29,040 nt of DNA from a virus (Duplodnaviria; Caudoviricetes): positions 1-29,040 of the IMG/VR virus record IMGVR_UViG_3300037423_000534. One strand, written 5' to 3'. Positions 1-8,177 of the stretch are shown one piece after another. Both the position numbers and the translations under genes were made by a program. Below the pieces are notes generated by a model. The model saw nothing but the letters and a program-made list of their open reading frames with translations, did no database searches and was not told where the DNA came from. Each line of letters starts with the position of its first letter. Positions within the stretch are counted from its first letter, which is position 1.

Positions 1-118
1 GCGCACCGAGCACCTGTGCCCGGGTGACGCCCATTGCTCCAAGTCGAGGCATCAGGTCGTCCACGGTTGCCGATCCGGCCTCGCGGACCATCGTCGCAAC
101 AAGCTGCATCAGGCTCAT
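1..118 (-). CDS. hypothetical protein, truncated at window edge (MSLMQLVATMVREAGSATVDDL...)
   Basis: ATG at 118 overlaps the stop of the upstream gene (ATGA). The frame is open to the window edge. Confidence 0.55.
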   Translation of the reverse strand, partial: MSLMQLVATMVREAGSATVDDLMPRLGAMGVTRAQVLGA

Positions 119-468
119 AGCATCAGCCCCGCGTACATGTTTCCGCCGAGCTTGAGGGCGGTCTGTCGTTCGCGATTGCGGCGCGCCCTCTCGGCCCTTG
201 TGGGCGTCGGGCGCTTGGCATCCCTGCCGGGGCCAAAGCCGAATACCCGAACCACCTTGCGGCCTTGCGCGTCGTCGTCGTAGGAGGCAATGTGGATCAC
301 CTTGCGGGCTTTAAGGGCGCGCAGGAGGTGCCACACGGTCACAATGCTCATACCCGTGAGGTCGCTGATGGCCTGCGCCGTCGTCGGGCCGGACATCATT
401 TCCTCAATGGTCATCGCGAACAGCGAGGCATTGAGCTTGACTTGAATCTTTCCCCTCGGCGGCGCCAT
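115..468 (-). CDS. winged-HTH DNA-binding protein (nin region)
   Basis: HTH-like segment TAQAISDLTGMSIVTVWHLLRAL. Start MAPPRGK is coupled to the upstream stop. Confidence 0.6.
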   Translation of the reverse strand: MAPPRGKIQVKLNASLFAMTIEEMMSGPTTAQAISDLTGMSIVTVWHLLRALKARKVIHIASYDDDAQGRKVVRVFGFGPGRDAKRPTPTRAERARRNRERQTALKLGGNMYAGLML

Positions 469-674
469 CAGTTCGCCCTCGCCGTGGCTTGCCACAGGTT
501 CCAGATGAGGGTCAGGTTCGCCCTCGCCTTTGCCGCCTCGGTCAGATTCGGCAGGCGGCAGCGCCGGTCCCGCTTGCGCGCCAGCGTGGCAATGGCCTGC
601 TGCAACTCCACAGCCCCGACAGGCTCGCCTCGGGATTGCGCGGCACGGATCTCCCTTGCTCGTTCTTTGGTCAT
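468..674 (-). CDS. hypothetical nin-region protein (68 aa)
   Basis: ATG at 674 overlaps the NinG stop. Tightly packed in the operon. Confidence 0.55.
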   Translation of the reverse strand: MTKERAREIRAAQSRGEPVGAVELQQAIATLARKRDRRCRLPNLTEAAKARANLTLIWNLWQATARAN

Positions 675-1234
675 TCTTTCCCCTCCAGTTCCTTGCGTTT
701 GGCGCGGTATGTCGCGGCGATCTCGCGCAGTTCTTCCCGCGTCCACTTCCTGATGCTGTTGTCGGCCTCTAGGGCTTCGACTGCTGCGAGCCCAATCCGG
801 GCGATGAGCCCGATCCGGTAGTCAACCGCTCTACCAGCGCCGTAGCGATTGCAAGCTTTTCGCTGTCCGTGTACGTTGCGCTCGTCAAAGCGGAGATGAG
901 CAGCCGAGCCCGTGCTTCTGTAGTGCCCTGCGTCGAATCCACCCCCCACAGCGTCAGCGCCCAACGGAACCCCGCAGCAAATGCACGTTTTTCCCGCGTC
1001 TCTTGCTCTGACCCATGCATTGAACTCACGTTGTGCCACCTTGATCAGTTCCGGAATCGTCTCCAGCGCCTTCTTGCGCTCACGGTCGGCCGCCTTGTCC
1101 GCAGCCTTCTTCAGCTTGCCCAGCTTGCCGGCGCACCTCGGTGAGCACACGGCTTGCAGCGGGCGAGCCGGCGTGAAGGGCTTGGAGCACACCTTGCACG
1201 CCTTGGTGGAGGGAGCGTGGATGCCGAGGCTCAT
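671..1234 (-). CDS. ninG: NinG/Rap-family recombination endonuclease
   Basis: N-terminal CKVC...CSPRC, AQREFNAWVRARD, CICCG, DAGHYRSTGSAAHLRFDERNVHGQ..ACN: typical lambda NinG motifs. Confidence 0.9.
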   Translation of the reverse strand: MSLGIHAPSTKACKVCSKPFTPARPLQAVCSPRCAGKLGKLKKAADKAADRERKKALETIPELIKVAQREFNAWVRARDAGKTCICCGVPLGADAVGGGFDAGHYRSTGSAAHLRFDERNVHGQRKACNRYGAGRAVDYRIGLIARIGLAAVEALEADNSIRKWTREELREIAATYRAKRKELEGKE

Positions 1235-1401
1235 GCCAGCAACCTCACTCCCCACACCACGATGCCAAGGGCAATCAGTCCGTCTATGAGTCCGGCGAAC
1301 GCCGTACGCTCCGGAAGCCGGCCCACAGTCGCGTAGGAGATGAGCCGGAACACAAGCTCAATGCCACACCCGAACGTCACCCAGAAAACGAAGTCCTTCA
1401 C
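1231..1401 (-). CDS. small membrane protein (56 aa)
   Basis: GTG overlaps the NinB stop. Two hydrophobic segments (FVFWVTFGCGIELVF; FAGLIDGLIALGIVVWGV). Confidence 0.55.
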   Translation of the reverse strand: MKDFVFWVTFGCGIELVFRLISYATVGRLPERTAFAGLIDGLIALGIVVWGVRLLA

Positions 1402-1796
1402 GCCGCCTCCTCTGCGTACACCACGACGCCGCGATCTGCCGCCGTGGCATGGAGAAACTCCAGCCACTCGGAGAACTCGCGCTTGCTGAATCGGCTGGTG
1501 CGCTGGCCCAGCATCACGAACCCGCCGTCCAGCCCCTGCGCAATGCGCTGCTCCTTGCGGAACGCGGCCGACAGCAGGGATTTCCACTCCTCGGCGGTCA
1601 GCTTCTCCATGCGGCCATTCACCGGCCACACAAGCTGCTCCGAGAACGCCTCCAGAATCGGCCACATGGCGGCGTTCTGGTCGGAGTTGCGCGTGGGCTC
1701 GGCCACCGTCACCGCGTAGCCGGCCGGCGCCGTCTTGACGCACTCCAGCGCGTTGCGGCGGGCTTGGTCGTGCGCGAGGATGAACAGGCGCTTCAT
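1398..1796 (-). CDS. ninB: NinB/Orf-family recombination mediator
   Basis: EPTRNSDQNAAMW, EEWKSL, GLDGGFVMLGQRTSRFSKREFSEWLEFL..GV: NinB signature. Confidence 0.9.
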   Translation of the reverse strand: MKRLFILAHDQARRNALECVKTAPAGYAVTVAEPTRNSDQNAAMWPILEAFSEQLVWPVNGRMEKLTAEEWKSLLSAAFRKEQRIAQGLDGGFVMLGQRTSRFSKREFSEWLEFLHATAADRGVVVYAEEAA

Positions 1797-1948
1797 CGCT
1801 TGTTCCCCGTCCACTGCTCCAGCCAGTCCGCATAGGCGGCCTGCGGCGTGTAGCCGTGGCCCATCACACGGACGCGGCCGGCAAGGGTCCAGGTGCGGCC
1901 GACGCAGACCCACACCCCATGTCTCATGAGGATGCGAGGCTTGAACAT
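1793..1948 (-). CDS. hypothetical protein (51 aa)
   Basis: MFKPRI...GHGYTPQAAYADW. Its stop overlaps the NinB start. Confidence 0.55.
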   Translation of the reverse strand: MFKPRILMRHGVWVCVGRTWTLAGRVRVMGHGYTPQAAYADWLEQWTGNKR

Positions 1949-1952
1949 CACT

Positions 1953-2165
1953 TCACCTCCGGGCCAGCCAGGCGCGTCTCGCCTGCACGACGGATGGATC
2001 GGCTGGCGAATGCCGTCCACATGACCCATGCGCTGGCAGGAAGGTCCAAGAGGTCCCATCCACCGCGCAGTTCACCAGCCCCAGCCGCGCCAGCTTCTTG
2101 GCGTTTTCGTCCTGCCGGTTTTTCATTCGCCAGTGGGCGCACGTTGCGCAGGTTTTGTCCGTCAC
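1953..2165 (-). CDS. small Cys-rich hypothetical protein
   Basis: TCATCAHW...C...C pattern common in small phage Zn-binding proteins. Fills the gap after dnaB. Confidence 0.55.
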   Translation of the reverse strand: MTDKTCATCAHWRMKNRQDENAKKLARLGLVNCAVDGTSWTFLPAHGSCGRHSPADPSVVQARRAWLARR

Positions 2166-2173
2166 GGCATCCC

Positions 2174-3553
2174 TCAGTCATCGTTCATCCCCCTCCGTTG
2201 CGATTGGCCCTTGGTCGTCCTCTGCGGCACCGGGCCGCCCCAATCCGTGATCTGCTGGTACTGCCCCGCGAAGTGCAGCGGAACAACCCCGGTCGGGCCG
2301 TTGCGGTGCGCCACGATCTCCAACTCGGAATAGCTGGCGAACTCCGGCAACTTCGGGCTTTGCGGGTGCGCGTGATCGGTGAACAGCACCGCCACCTGAT
2401 CGGCCGCCGCCTCAATCGCCCCCGAATCCCGCAGATGGGTCATGGTCGGCCGCTGGTACATCTCGTCGGCCTTGCGCGACATCTGCGACAGCAGGACCAC
2501 GCCGATGTCCAGATCCAGGGCGAGCGCCTTCAAGCCGTTGGAGATCAGGTCCAACTCGCGGTTGCGGTTGCCGTCCCCCTCGCCGCCTTGCATCAACTGG
2601 AGGAAGTCCACGAACAGCACGTCCAGACCGTGCGCGCGCTTCACGCCGATGGCCTTGCGCCGCACGTCCATGAGGCTTTGCGCGGCCTGCTGGTCGTGAA
2701 CGAGGTTCAGCCGGCCCAGGCGCTCGGCGGCTTCGCCCACCCGCTCCCACATTTCCTGGTCGCTGCGGTCAGCAGCCAGGATGCGGCCGAGGTCCACGGT
2801 TCCCATTGCCGCCGTGTGCCGGTGCATCAGTTGCATCACCGGCATCTCCTGCGAGATGAACAGCACGCCGAACGAATGGGCCATGTGCCGCGCCATCGCC
2901 AGCGTGAGCGCCGTCTTGCCGTGCTTCGGGCGGGCGCCGATCACCATCATTTCGCCCCGGCGCAGGCCGCCATTGAGCAGCCGGTCCAGTCCCGCAATCC
3001 CGGTCGGAATCGCAGGGTTCTTGCCCTCGCTCAGCTCTTGGAGCAGCTGGAGGTAGTCGGCCAGCGATTGGTGAATGTGCTGCGGCTCGCTCCTGGCCCG
3101 CACCGTCGCCAGCTTGGCCAGCGCCATCTGCCCGGCGTCCAGCACGTCCGATGCGGGCTTGTCCTCAGCGAACGCCTGCGCCGCGATCTGGTCGGCCGAT
3201 TCGACCATCTGCCGGCGCAGATACTTTTCAGCAACTATGGCTGCGTAGCGGCGGATGTTGCCAGCGCTCGGCACGACCTGGGAAATCGCGTTGAGCAGCG
3301 CCAGCCCTTGCCCGTTCTCGTCGTGCCCCGCCGCCGCCATGCGCTCGTACACCGTGATCACGTCGAACGGCTGGCCCGCAGACGCCAGCGCCTGGATGGC
3401 GCGGTAAGCCTCGCGGCGAAAGTGACCGTAGAACGCTTCGGCGGGCAGATGCACGCGGTGCAAAGCCTCGTTGTCCAGCAGCAGGGAGCACAGGACCGCC
3501 TCCTCGGCTTCGACGCTGTGCGGGGGGATGCGCAGCATGGCGACCTCGCTCAT
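2174..3553 (-). CDS. dnaB: DnaB-like replicative helicase
   Basis: PPHSVEAEEAVL N-terminus, TGIAGLDRLLNGG, Walker A GARPKHGKT, VDFLQLM, LSQMSR, LRDSGAIE, RNGPTG. Confidence 0.95.
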   Translation of the reverse strand: MSEVAMLRIPPHSVEAEEAVLCSLLLDNEALHRVHLPAEAFYGHFRREAYRAIQALASAGQPFDVITVYERMAAAGHDENGQGLALLNAISQVVPSAGNIRRYAAIVAEKYLRRQMVESADQIAAQAFAEDKPASDVLDAGQMALAKLATVRARSEPQHIHQSLADYLQLLQELSEGKNPAIPTGIAGLDRLLNGGLRRGEMMVIGARPKHGKTALTLAMARHMAHSFGVLFISQEMPVMQLMHRHTAAMGTVDLGRILAADRSDQEMWERVGEAAERLGRLNLVHDQQAAQSLMDVRRKAIGVKRAHGLDVLFVDFLQLMQGGEGDGNRNRELDLISNGLKALALDLDIGVVLLSQMSRKADEMYQRPTMTHLRDSGAIEAAADQVAVLFTDHAHPQSPKLPEFASYSELEIVAHRNGPTGVVPLHFAGQYQQITDWGGPVPQRTTKGQSQRRGMNDD

Positions 3554-4239
3554 GCCATCAAGCCCAATTGCTCGGGAGCCTTCACCGGCTCGGCGTCGAA
3601 CAGCGGGCGCTGCTTGTAGGCGGCCTCGATGCGGCGGCAGGCCACGTCGAAATAGCGCGGCTCCCGCTCAATCCCGACGAACTGGCGGCGGCGCTCGACG
3701 GCTGCGACCCCCGTCGTTCCAGACCCCATGAACGGGTCGAGGATGCTGTCGGCCTTGGGGCAAAGGTCGATCACCCAGCCCATAACCTGCAACGGCTTCT
3801 GCGTGGGGTGGAATCGCTCCTCGTTGCCCTGCCGAATCATCCCGTTCCAGCGCCACTGCAGGCGGCGCACCGCCTTGGGCCAGTTGGTCCACGCCAGTTC
3901 GCAATCAGCGAAGTCGTTGTCGCCATTCAGCTTGTCCCACACGAGCCAGCAGGACGAGGCGGGGAGGCCGAAGTAGTTGCCACCGAACAGCGCCTGCCAC
4001 GTCCCCGCCCGCAGGACCAAATCAATCAAGGCGGCGCAGGGAGGTGCGCTGTCCCAATCGTCATTGCCGTAGTCCTTCGCCACAGCCATGTTGGTACGGC
4101 TCTTGTTCTTGCCGGCCGCCTCGTTGATCCCGTAGGGCGGGTCCGTGATGACGGCATCCACCTTCGGCAGCGTCGGCAGGATTTCGAGGCAATCCCCGAG
4201 GTACAGGGTCGCGTCTCCGATGCGCTCAATCCGGCTCAT
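3550..4239 (-). CDS. DNA amino-methyltransferase (N6-A/N4-C, beta class)
   Basis: GDCLEIL, catalytic TDPPY, HPTQKP, SAM-binding DPFMGSGTT. Confidence 0.93.
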   Translation of the reverse strand: MSRIERIGDATLYLGDCLEILPTLPKVDAVITDPPYGINEAAGKNKSRTNMAVAKDYGNDDWDSAPPCAALIDLVLRAGTWQALFGGNYFGLPASSCWLVWDKLNGDNDFADCELAWTNWPKAVRRLQWRWNGMIRQGNEERFHPTQKPLQVMGWVIDLCPKADSILDPFMGSGTTGVAAVERRRQFVGIEREPRYFDVACRRIEAAYKQRPLFDAEPVKAPEQLGLMA

Positions 4240-5069
4240 GCTGCCTCCCGGTTTTCGTAGTTGCCCTGCACGACCTTGGCGAAGTTCTCGGCGTTCACCA
4301 GCCACCCAAGGTCGCAGTTCGTCCACCGACCGTCACGGCCGGTCAGGAAGTCGGACTTGGCGACGTAGGCGAAGAAGCGGTCGAACCACGCGAGCCCCTC
4401 GGCCTCGTTCGTCGCGTAGCGCGCCCCGGTCGTCTTGGTTTTCGTCAGCAGCCACTTCCAACGGGAAGCAAGGTTCTTCTCCCTTTGCCCTGCCCACAGC
4501 TCCGGCTTGGGCTGCGGCAGCATTGGCAAGTGCTTGGCGTAGAGGTCGAGGATCGCCCTGTGCGGGCAGGTCGGCGGCTTGGCCGTCGACAAGTCCGTAG
4601 GACTACTGGTATTCCTCTTCTCTTCTCTACTCTCCTCTCCTCTATCGTGACTTTGCGTGACATCGCGTGACTCGTCGGGATTGAGAGGGACAAGCAGCTC
4701 GTCACGCACTTGCACGGACTCCAGTTCGCGCTGCTTGCGCTTGCGATCCGTGGCGCTGTCGTCCTCGCGCTTGGGCTGGCGCTTGTCCCAGGCTGCGATG
4801 CGGCCATCACCGATCAGCCCGCGCCCCGTCATGGCGTCGAGGATGCGGCCGGCAGTGCCGTCATCCGCGCCGAGCATGAAGTCCAGCGTCTCGAAATCAA
4901 TCGGCCCGATGGTCCCGCGCTGCTCGTTCTCGCTCGCCTTCTCCAAGACAAACGCCCAGACGAGGATCACGTCGCCCAACCGAACGCCGGCCTTCTTGGC
5001 GACCAGTTGGAACTTGGGGTCTGTCACGCTGCCGTGGTGCCAGCGGAACCAATCGATGCCTCCGGCCAT
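4236..5069 (-). CDS. phage replication initiator (O-like)
   Basis: WFRWHHGSVTDPKF N-terminus, central RKRKQRE/SRDVTQSH iteron-coded segment, C-terminal DLGWLVNAENFAKVVQGNY. Lies upstream of the helicase. Confidence 0.85.
   Translation of the reverse strand: MAGGIDWFRWHHGSVTDPKFQLVAKKAGVRLGDVILVWAFVLEKASENEQRGTIGPIDFETLDFMLGADDGTAGRILDAMTGRGLIGDGRIAAWDKRQPKREDDSATDRKRKQRELESVQVRDELLVPLNPDESRDVTQSHDRGEESREEKRNTSSPTDLSTAKPPTCPHRAILDLYAKHLPMLPQPKPELWAGQREKNLASRWKWLLTKTKTTGARYATNEAEGLAWFDRFFAYVAKSDFLTGRDGRWTNCDLGWLVNAENFAKVVQGNYENREAA
4611..4706. promoter_or_regulatory. probable replication origin: CGTGAC iterons plus a strand-biased purine/pyrimidine tract
   Basis: CGTGAC at 4646, 4656 and 4666 (10-bp period), an inverted GTCACG near 4701, and an adjacent C/T-rich tract at 4611-4645, all inside the initiator gene as in lambdoid origins. 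Confidence 0.7.
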
Positions 5070-5551
5070 TACCCCTCCGTGACCGTGCGTGACACCGCGT
5101 GACACTCAGCACCAGCAGATGCCTCGATAGCCGCGTCGATCTCCGCGATGCGAGCGGCCACCAGATGCGGCCGGCGAGCACGTTCGTTCAGCGCTGCAAC
5201 CTCGGCGCTCCACAGGCGATCCCGCCAGCCCTTGGCGGCAAAGCAGCCCTCCTGCACCCATCCGGCGTTGGCGGCTTCCATCCGATAGGCGACCTGGCGG
5301 ATGTAGCGGGCCAACTCCTCGTCGCGCATGTCGGCCAGCTCGCCAGCGGTGGCGATGTGCAGGCACCCTCGCAGCGTGCTGGCGGCACCTTCGTGCTCCT
5401 GAGTGCTCGGCGCTACGGCACCAACGTGCTCTTTACAGTCCGTTGCGTGCTCGGCCGGATGACGCGGAGTTGCGAATCCGGCAGGATTAGCCACTGTGGG
5501 GGACTTCGTTCCCACAGCGGTCAGGGATGACGAGAGAGGGCAGGCGGTCAT
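5069..5551 (-). CDS. hypothetical protein (true start uncertain; 5' part overlaps hairpins)
   Basis: 160-aa ORF between the CII-like and O-like genes. Its stop overlaps the O start. Confidence 0.45.
   Translation of the reverse strand: MTACPLSSSLTAVGTKSPTVANPAGFATPRHPAEHATDCKEHVGAVAPSTQEHEGAASTLRGCLHIATAGELADMRDEELARYIRQVAYRMEAANAGWVQEGCFAAKGWRDRLWSAEVAALNERARRPHLVAARIAEIDAAIEASAGAECHAVSRTVTEG
5078..5103. repeat. second CGTGAC x3 iteron cluster just upstream of the initiator start codon
   Basis: CGTGAC at 5078, 5088 and 5098, with the same 10-bp period as the origin cluster. Confidence 0.75.
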
Positions 5552-5980
5552 TTACGCGACCTTCCTGGCGAACAGCGACTCGACGTATTCCAGACGCCTC
5601 TCCAGCTCGATAGCCCGCTCACGCGCAAGTTGCAACAGGCGCTCGGCCTCCGACTGGATCTGCACCAGCGTGCAACCCACGCGGTAGGCGATCCACTCCG
5701 GATAGATCCGGTTGTTCACGACCGTGCAGAACGACTCGATCAGGTCGGTCTGCAGCGTTGCCTCGCCCTTCTTGATGCGCGAGAAGTACCCCGCATCCAG
5801 GCTGAGCGCGCCGTAAATCTCCTTGTCCTCCAGCCCCGAAGACTGGCAGGCCAGCGCGAAAGCAGCGGCCCCGCTCTTCTGCCGGCGCACCACCTCTATG
5901 GGCATGTCGTTGGGCTCGGCACGACGCGAGAGCGCCAGTTCGGCCTGTCCGTCAAGCCGGGACGATTCTTTTGACGCCAC
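5552..5980 (-). CDS. CII-like transcriptional regulator
   Basis: HTH LEDKEIYGALSLDAGYFSRIKKG, C-terminal coiled coil, and position between cro and the replication genes. Confidence 0.7.
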   Translation of the reverse strand: MASKESSRLDGQAELALSRRAEPNDMPIEVVRRQKSGAAAFALACQSSGLEDKEIYGALSLDAGYFSRIKKGEATLQTDLIESFCTVVNNRIYPEWIAYRVGCTLVQIQSEAERLLQLARERAIELERRLEYVESLFARKVA

Positions 5981-6007
5981 TTGACTAACCCCTTTGGGCA
6001 AAAAAAA

Positions 6008-7069
6008 TCAGACTTCGCATCCATGCGAAGCACGAACCGCCACTCCACTCGGAGTCACGCTGTAGCCGTTGGCCTGGATGTAGGCCATGCGCGCTGCAAC
6101 CGCCTCTTCCTCGGTCGCGTAACGCCCGAGGCTTTTCTTGCCGACCTTCGCCATGTACGGGCGGCTGAGACCCGGATACAGGTAGAACACGCCGCGCACC
6201 GCCTTTTGCTTGCCCTTCCACTTTTGAATGGCCTCGCGTCCGTTCTCCGTGGCGAGCTGGACATGCACGTTTCCAATCAGGTAGCCGCCGCTGTCCTTGA
6301 TGCGAGACATGACGTACTTCCCCTTCCCGCGTCCGCGCTGCTCCAGCTTTCCGCTGGTGAGCCACACATCCAGCCATTGCGCAAAGTTCAGGCCCCACTC
6401 GATTCCGCGATTGGCGGCGGCATTCTCTTGGCTTCGGTACGCGGCGACCAAGCCGGCGGCACGCCACTTGTTCATTTCCTGGTGGGGCAAGCCGTACCGA
6501 ATGAGGCTTTTCACATCGAGCCTTGTCTGTCGGGCCTCTTGCTTGGACCTTGCCGTCTTGCTTATTCCGCCGTCCTGCCGGGCAACGCCTTGCCGCTCCA
6601 CCAGCTGACGCACACGCTCGCGAGTGAGATTGAAGGTCTGGCCGATCTTCTCCAGCGTGAGCCCCTGCCGGTACATCGTCGCCATGCGCTCGTTACGAGA
6701 GTCGAACTCGCCGGCCGGGCCGCCCCGGCCCTTTACGAGATCAATCCGATGGCGCTTGGCGCTCTGGGACACGCCGGCAACGGAGACTTCAAGACGGCGG
6801 GCAATCTCGGAGGCGGACAAGCCTTGGGCCGCCAACAGGCGCAGATCTGCCGGGTTGATCTTTCCGAAAGTCTTGACAGGCCCGAAGCTCCAATCGGAGC
6901 GCTCTTTATTGGCCGGTGGGCGCCCACGCGAGGAGCGCACGACTTCGATGCCAAGGATCTGCACTGTCCGGCGAACTCGGGAGTAGGGACGGCCGAGTCG
7001 GCGGGCAATTTCGCCAAGGCACAGGCCCTGCGCCGCCAATGCCTGCAGCTCTTCGGAGTTGATGAACAT
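6008..7069 (-). CDS. multi-HTH / sigma70-region-4-like / HNH-like / AP2 protein (probable homing-endonuclease derivative)
   Basis: Two repeated HTH units (LAAQGL..EIARRL), RQGLTLEKIGQTFNLTRERVRQL, RGIEWGLNFAQW...MSRIKDSGGYLIGNV...EN, and AP2-like GVFY...LGRYATEEEAVAAR. Confidence 0.75.
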   Translation of the reverse strand: MFINSEELQALAAQGLCLGEIARRLGRPYSRVRRTVQILGIEVVRSSRGRPPANKERSDWSFGPVKTFGKINPADLRLLAAQGLSASEIARRLEVSVAGVSQSAKRHRIDLVKGRGGPAGEFDSRNERMATMYRQGLTLEKIGQTFNLTRERVRQLVERQGVARQDGGISKTARSKQEARQTRLDVKSLIRYGLPHQEMNKWRAAGLVAAYRSQENAAANRGIEWGLNFAQWLDVWLTSGKLEQRGRGKGKYVMSRIKDSGGYLIGNVHVQLATENGREAIQKWKGKQKAVRGVFYLYPGLSRPYMAKVGKKSLGRYATEEEAVAARMAYIQANGYSVTPSGVAVRASHGCEV

Positions 7070-7294
7070 TTAGCGCCCCCTCCCCTTCTCGCGCGTCTGG
7101 AAGTACGCTCGCAGAGCGTCCGCCTTCGCAGAGCCGAGGTTCGGTCGCTCGCCGTAGTAAATCTTCCGAAGGGTGTGCCGCGTGATCTTGTACCGCTGGT
7201 CGATCCCGTTACTGACCGCCTCCGCGATGGATTCCCACGCATCAGGGCCAACCTCTGAAAGCTTGCGCTGGAGGTATTCAATGGTCGTTTCCAC
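7070..7294 (-). CDS. cro: Cro-like repressor (74 aa)
   Basis: GTG start at 7294. HTH ...TRHTLRKIYYGERPNLGSAKADALRAYF. Divergent from the cI-like gene across the operators. Confidence 0.75.
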   Translation of the reverse strand: METTIEYLQRKLSEVGPDAWESIAEAVSNGIDQRYKITRHTLRKIYYGERPNLGSAKADALRAYFQTREKGRGR

Positions 7295-7307
7295 ACCCGG
7301 AAGTGTA

Positions 7308-7347
7308 ATCCCACTTGTGGGATGCGGAACTATCCCATACGTGGGAG
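7308..7347. promoter_or_regulatory. OR operators (two palindromes) overlapping the divergent cro/cI promoters
   Basis: ATCCCACTTGTGGGAT (7308-7323) and ATCCCATACGTGGGAG (7332-7347). A minus-strand -10 TACACT lies at 7302-7307. Confidence 0.85.
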
Positions 7348-7370
7348 TCGGGTATTGGCAAAGTAGTCCC

Positions 7371-7856
7371 ATGCGTAACAAAGCCAGCCCGCGCAAGGTA
7401 CTCAGCGAAAACCTCCGCGCCCTGATGTCGGTGCGGCCCGATCTGGGCACGATCAAGAAGGTGGCCGAGGCGTCTGGCTCGGCATTGAGCAATGGCAAGG
7501 TGGGGCGGATCTACGCGGCCAGCCACACCACCGACATCGACACGCTCCAGGACTTGGCGAGCGTTTTCAAATTGGAACCCTGGCAACTACTAGTAGAAGG
7601 CCTTAACCCCAATGCGCTACCGCGCTTGGCCGACGCTTCTGTCCTAAATCAAATACTCGATGCGGTACGCAGTTCGGCCGCAACAGTTCACGAGAATGTC
7701 AGCATGACGACCCCTACTCATCCATCGGAGAATGGGCATCCACTGGAGAAGGCAACGACTCTTGCCTCGGTGGTTAGCAGAACGAAGGGGAAAAAGAAGC
7801 GTGAAAGTCGTAAGTCTGGCCCGGCACAAAAACCGCGAACTGGTCGCGGTGCTTAA
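7371..7856 (+). CDS. CI-like HTH repressor (no S24 peptidase domain seen)
   Basis: VLSENLRALM...IKKVAEASG..LSNGKVGRI...IDTLQDLASVFKLEPWQLL: XRE-type HTH, divergent from cro. Confidence 0.8.
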   Translation: MRNKASPRKVLSENLRALMSVRPDLGTIKKVAEASGSALSNGKVGRIYAASHTTDIDTLQDLASVFKLEPWQLLVEGLNPNALPRLADASVLNQILDAVRSSAATVHENVSMTTPTHPSENGHPLEKATTLASVVSRTKGKKKRESRKSGPAQKPRTGRGA

Positions 7857-8055
7857 AGAGCTGCTGGACCTCGCAGAGGCTGGGCAGGCCCATGGCCTGG
7901 CCTTTGTTGTGAAGATTGGGCACAGGAAACACCTCTCCGGACTGACGGGCGACTACGCTCGAAACGCCGACGAAGCGTTGCCAGCGGCGGTCCGACTCAA
8001 GGAACGCCTGTTGCAAGAAGACGCCGAGGACGAGGAAGAATCCCGCACGAAGTAA
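7801..8055 (+). CDS. hypothetical immunity-region protein (84 aa)
   Basis: GTG at 7801 after an AG-rich RBS, acidic C-terminus, followed by a terminator. Confidence 0.65.
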   Translation: MKVVSLARHKNRELVAVLKELLDLAEAGQAHGLAFVVKIGHRKHLSGLTGDYARNADEALPAAVRLKERLLQEDAEDEEESRTK

Positions 8056-8074
8056 TCAGCGCACCACCACTCAC

Positions 8075-8100
8075 AGGCCCGCCTCGGCGGGCTTTTTCTT
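8075..8100 (+). terminator. rho-independent terminator of the cI operon
   Basis: GCCCGCC-TC-GGCGGGC followed by TTTTTCTT. Confidence 0.85.
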
Positions 8101-8132
8101 TGTTCGCTCGATAACCCTTTGTTGCTGTCGGA

Positions 8133-8177
8133 ATCCCATCGCTGGGATTGACGACCGTCCCACGTCTGGGATGTAAT
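8133..8177 (+). promoter_or_regulatory. PL promoter with two OL operators
   Basis: ATCCCATCGCTGGGAT (8133-8148) and GTCCCACGTCTGGGAT (8157-8172). -35 TTGACG at 8148-8153 and -10 TGTAAT at 8172-8177. Confidence 0.85.

Noticed and set aside
1856-3619. 587-aa plus-strand ORF (also 5981-7258)
   Set aside because: Antisense shadow of dnaB (and of the HTH/HNH gene) in GC-rich DNA, with no motifs.
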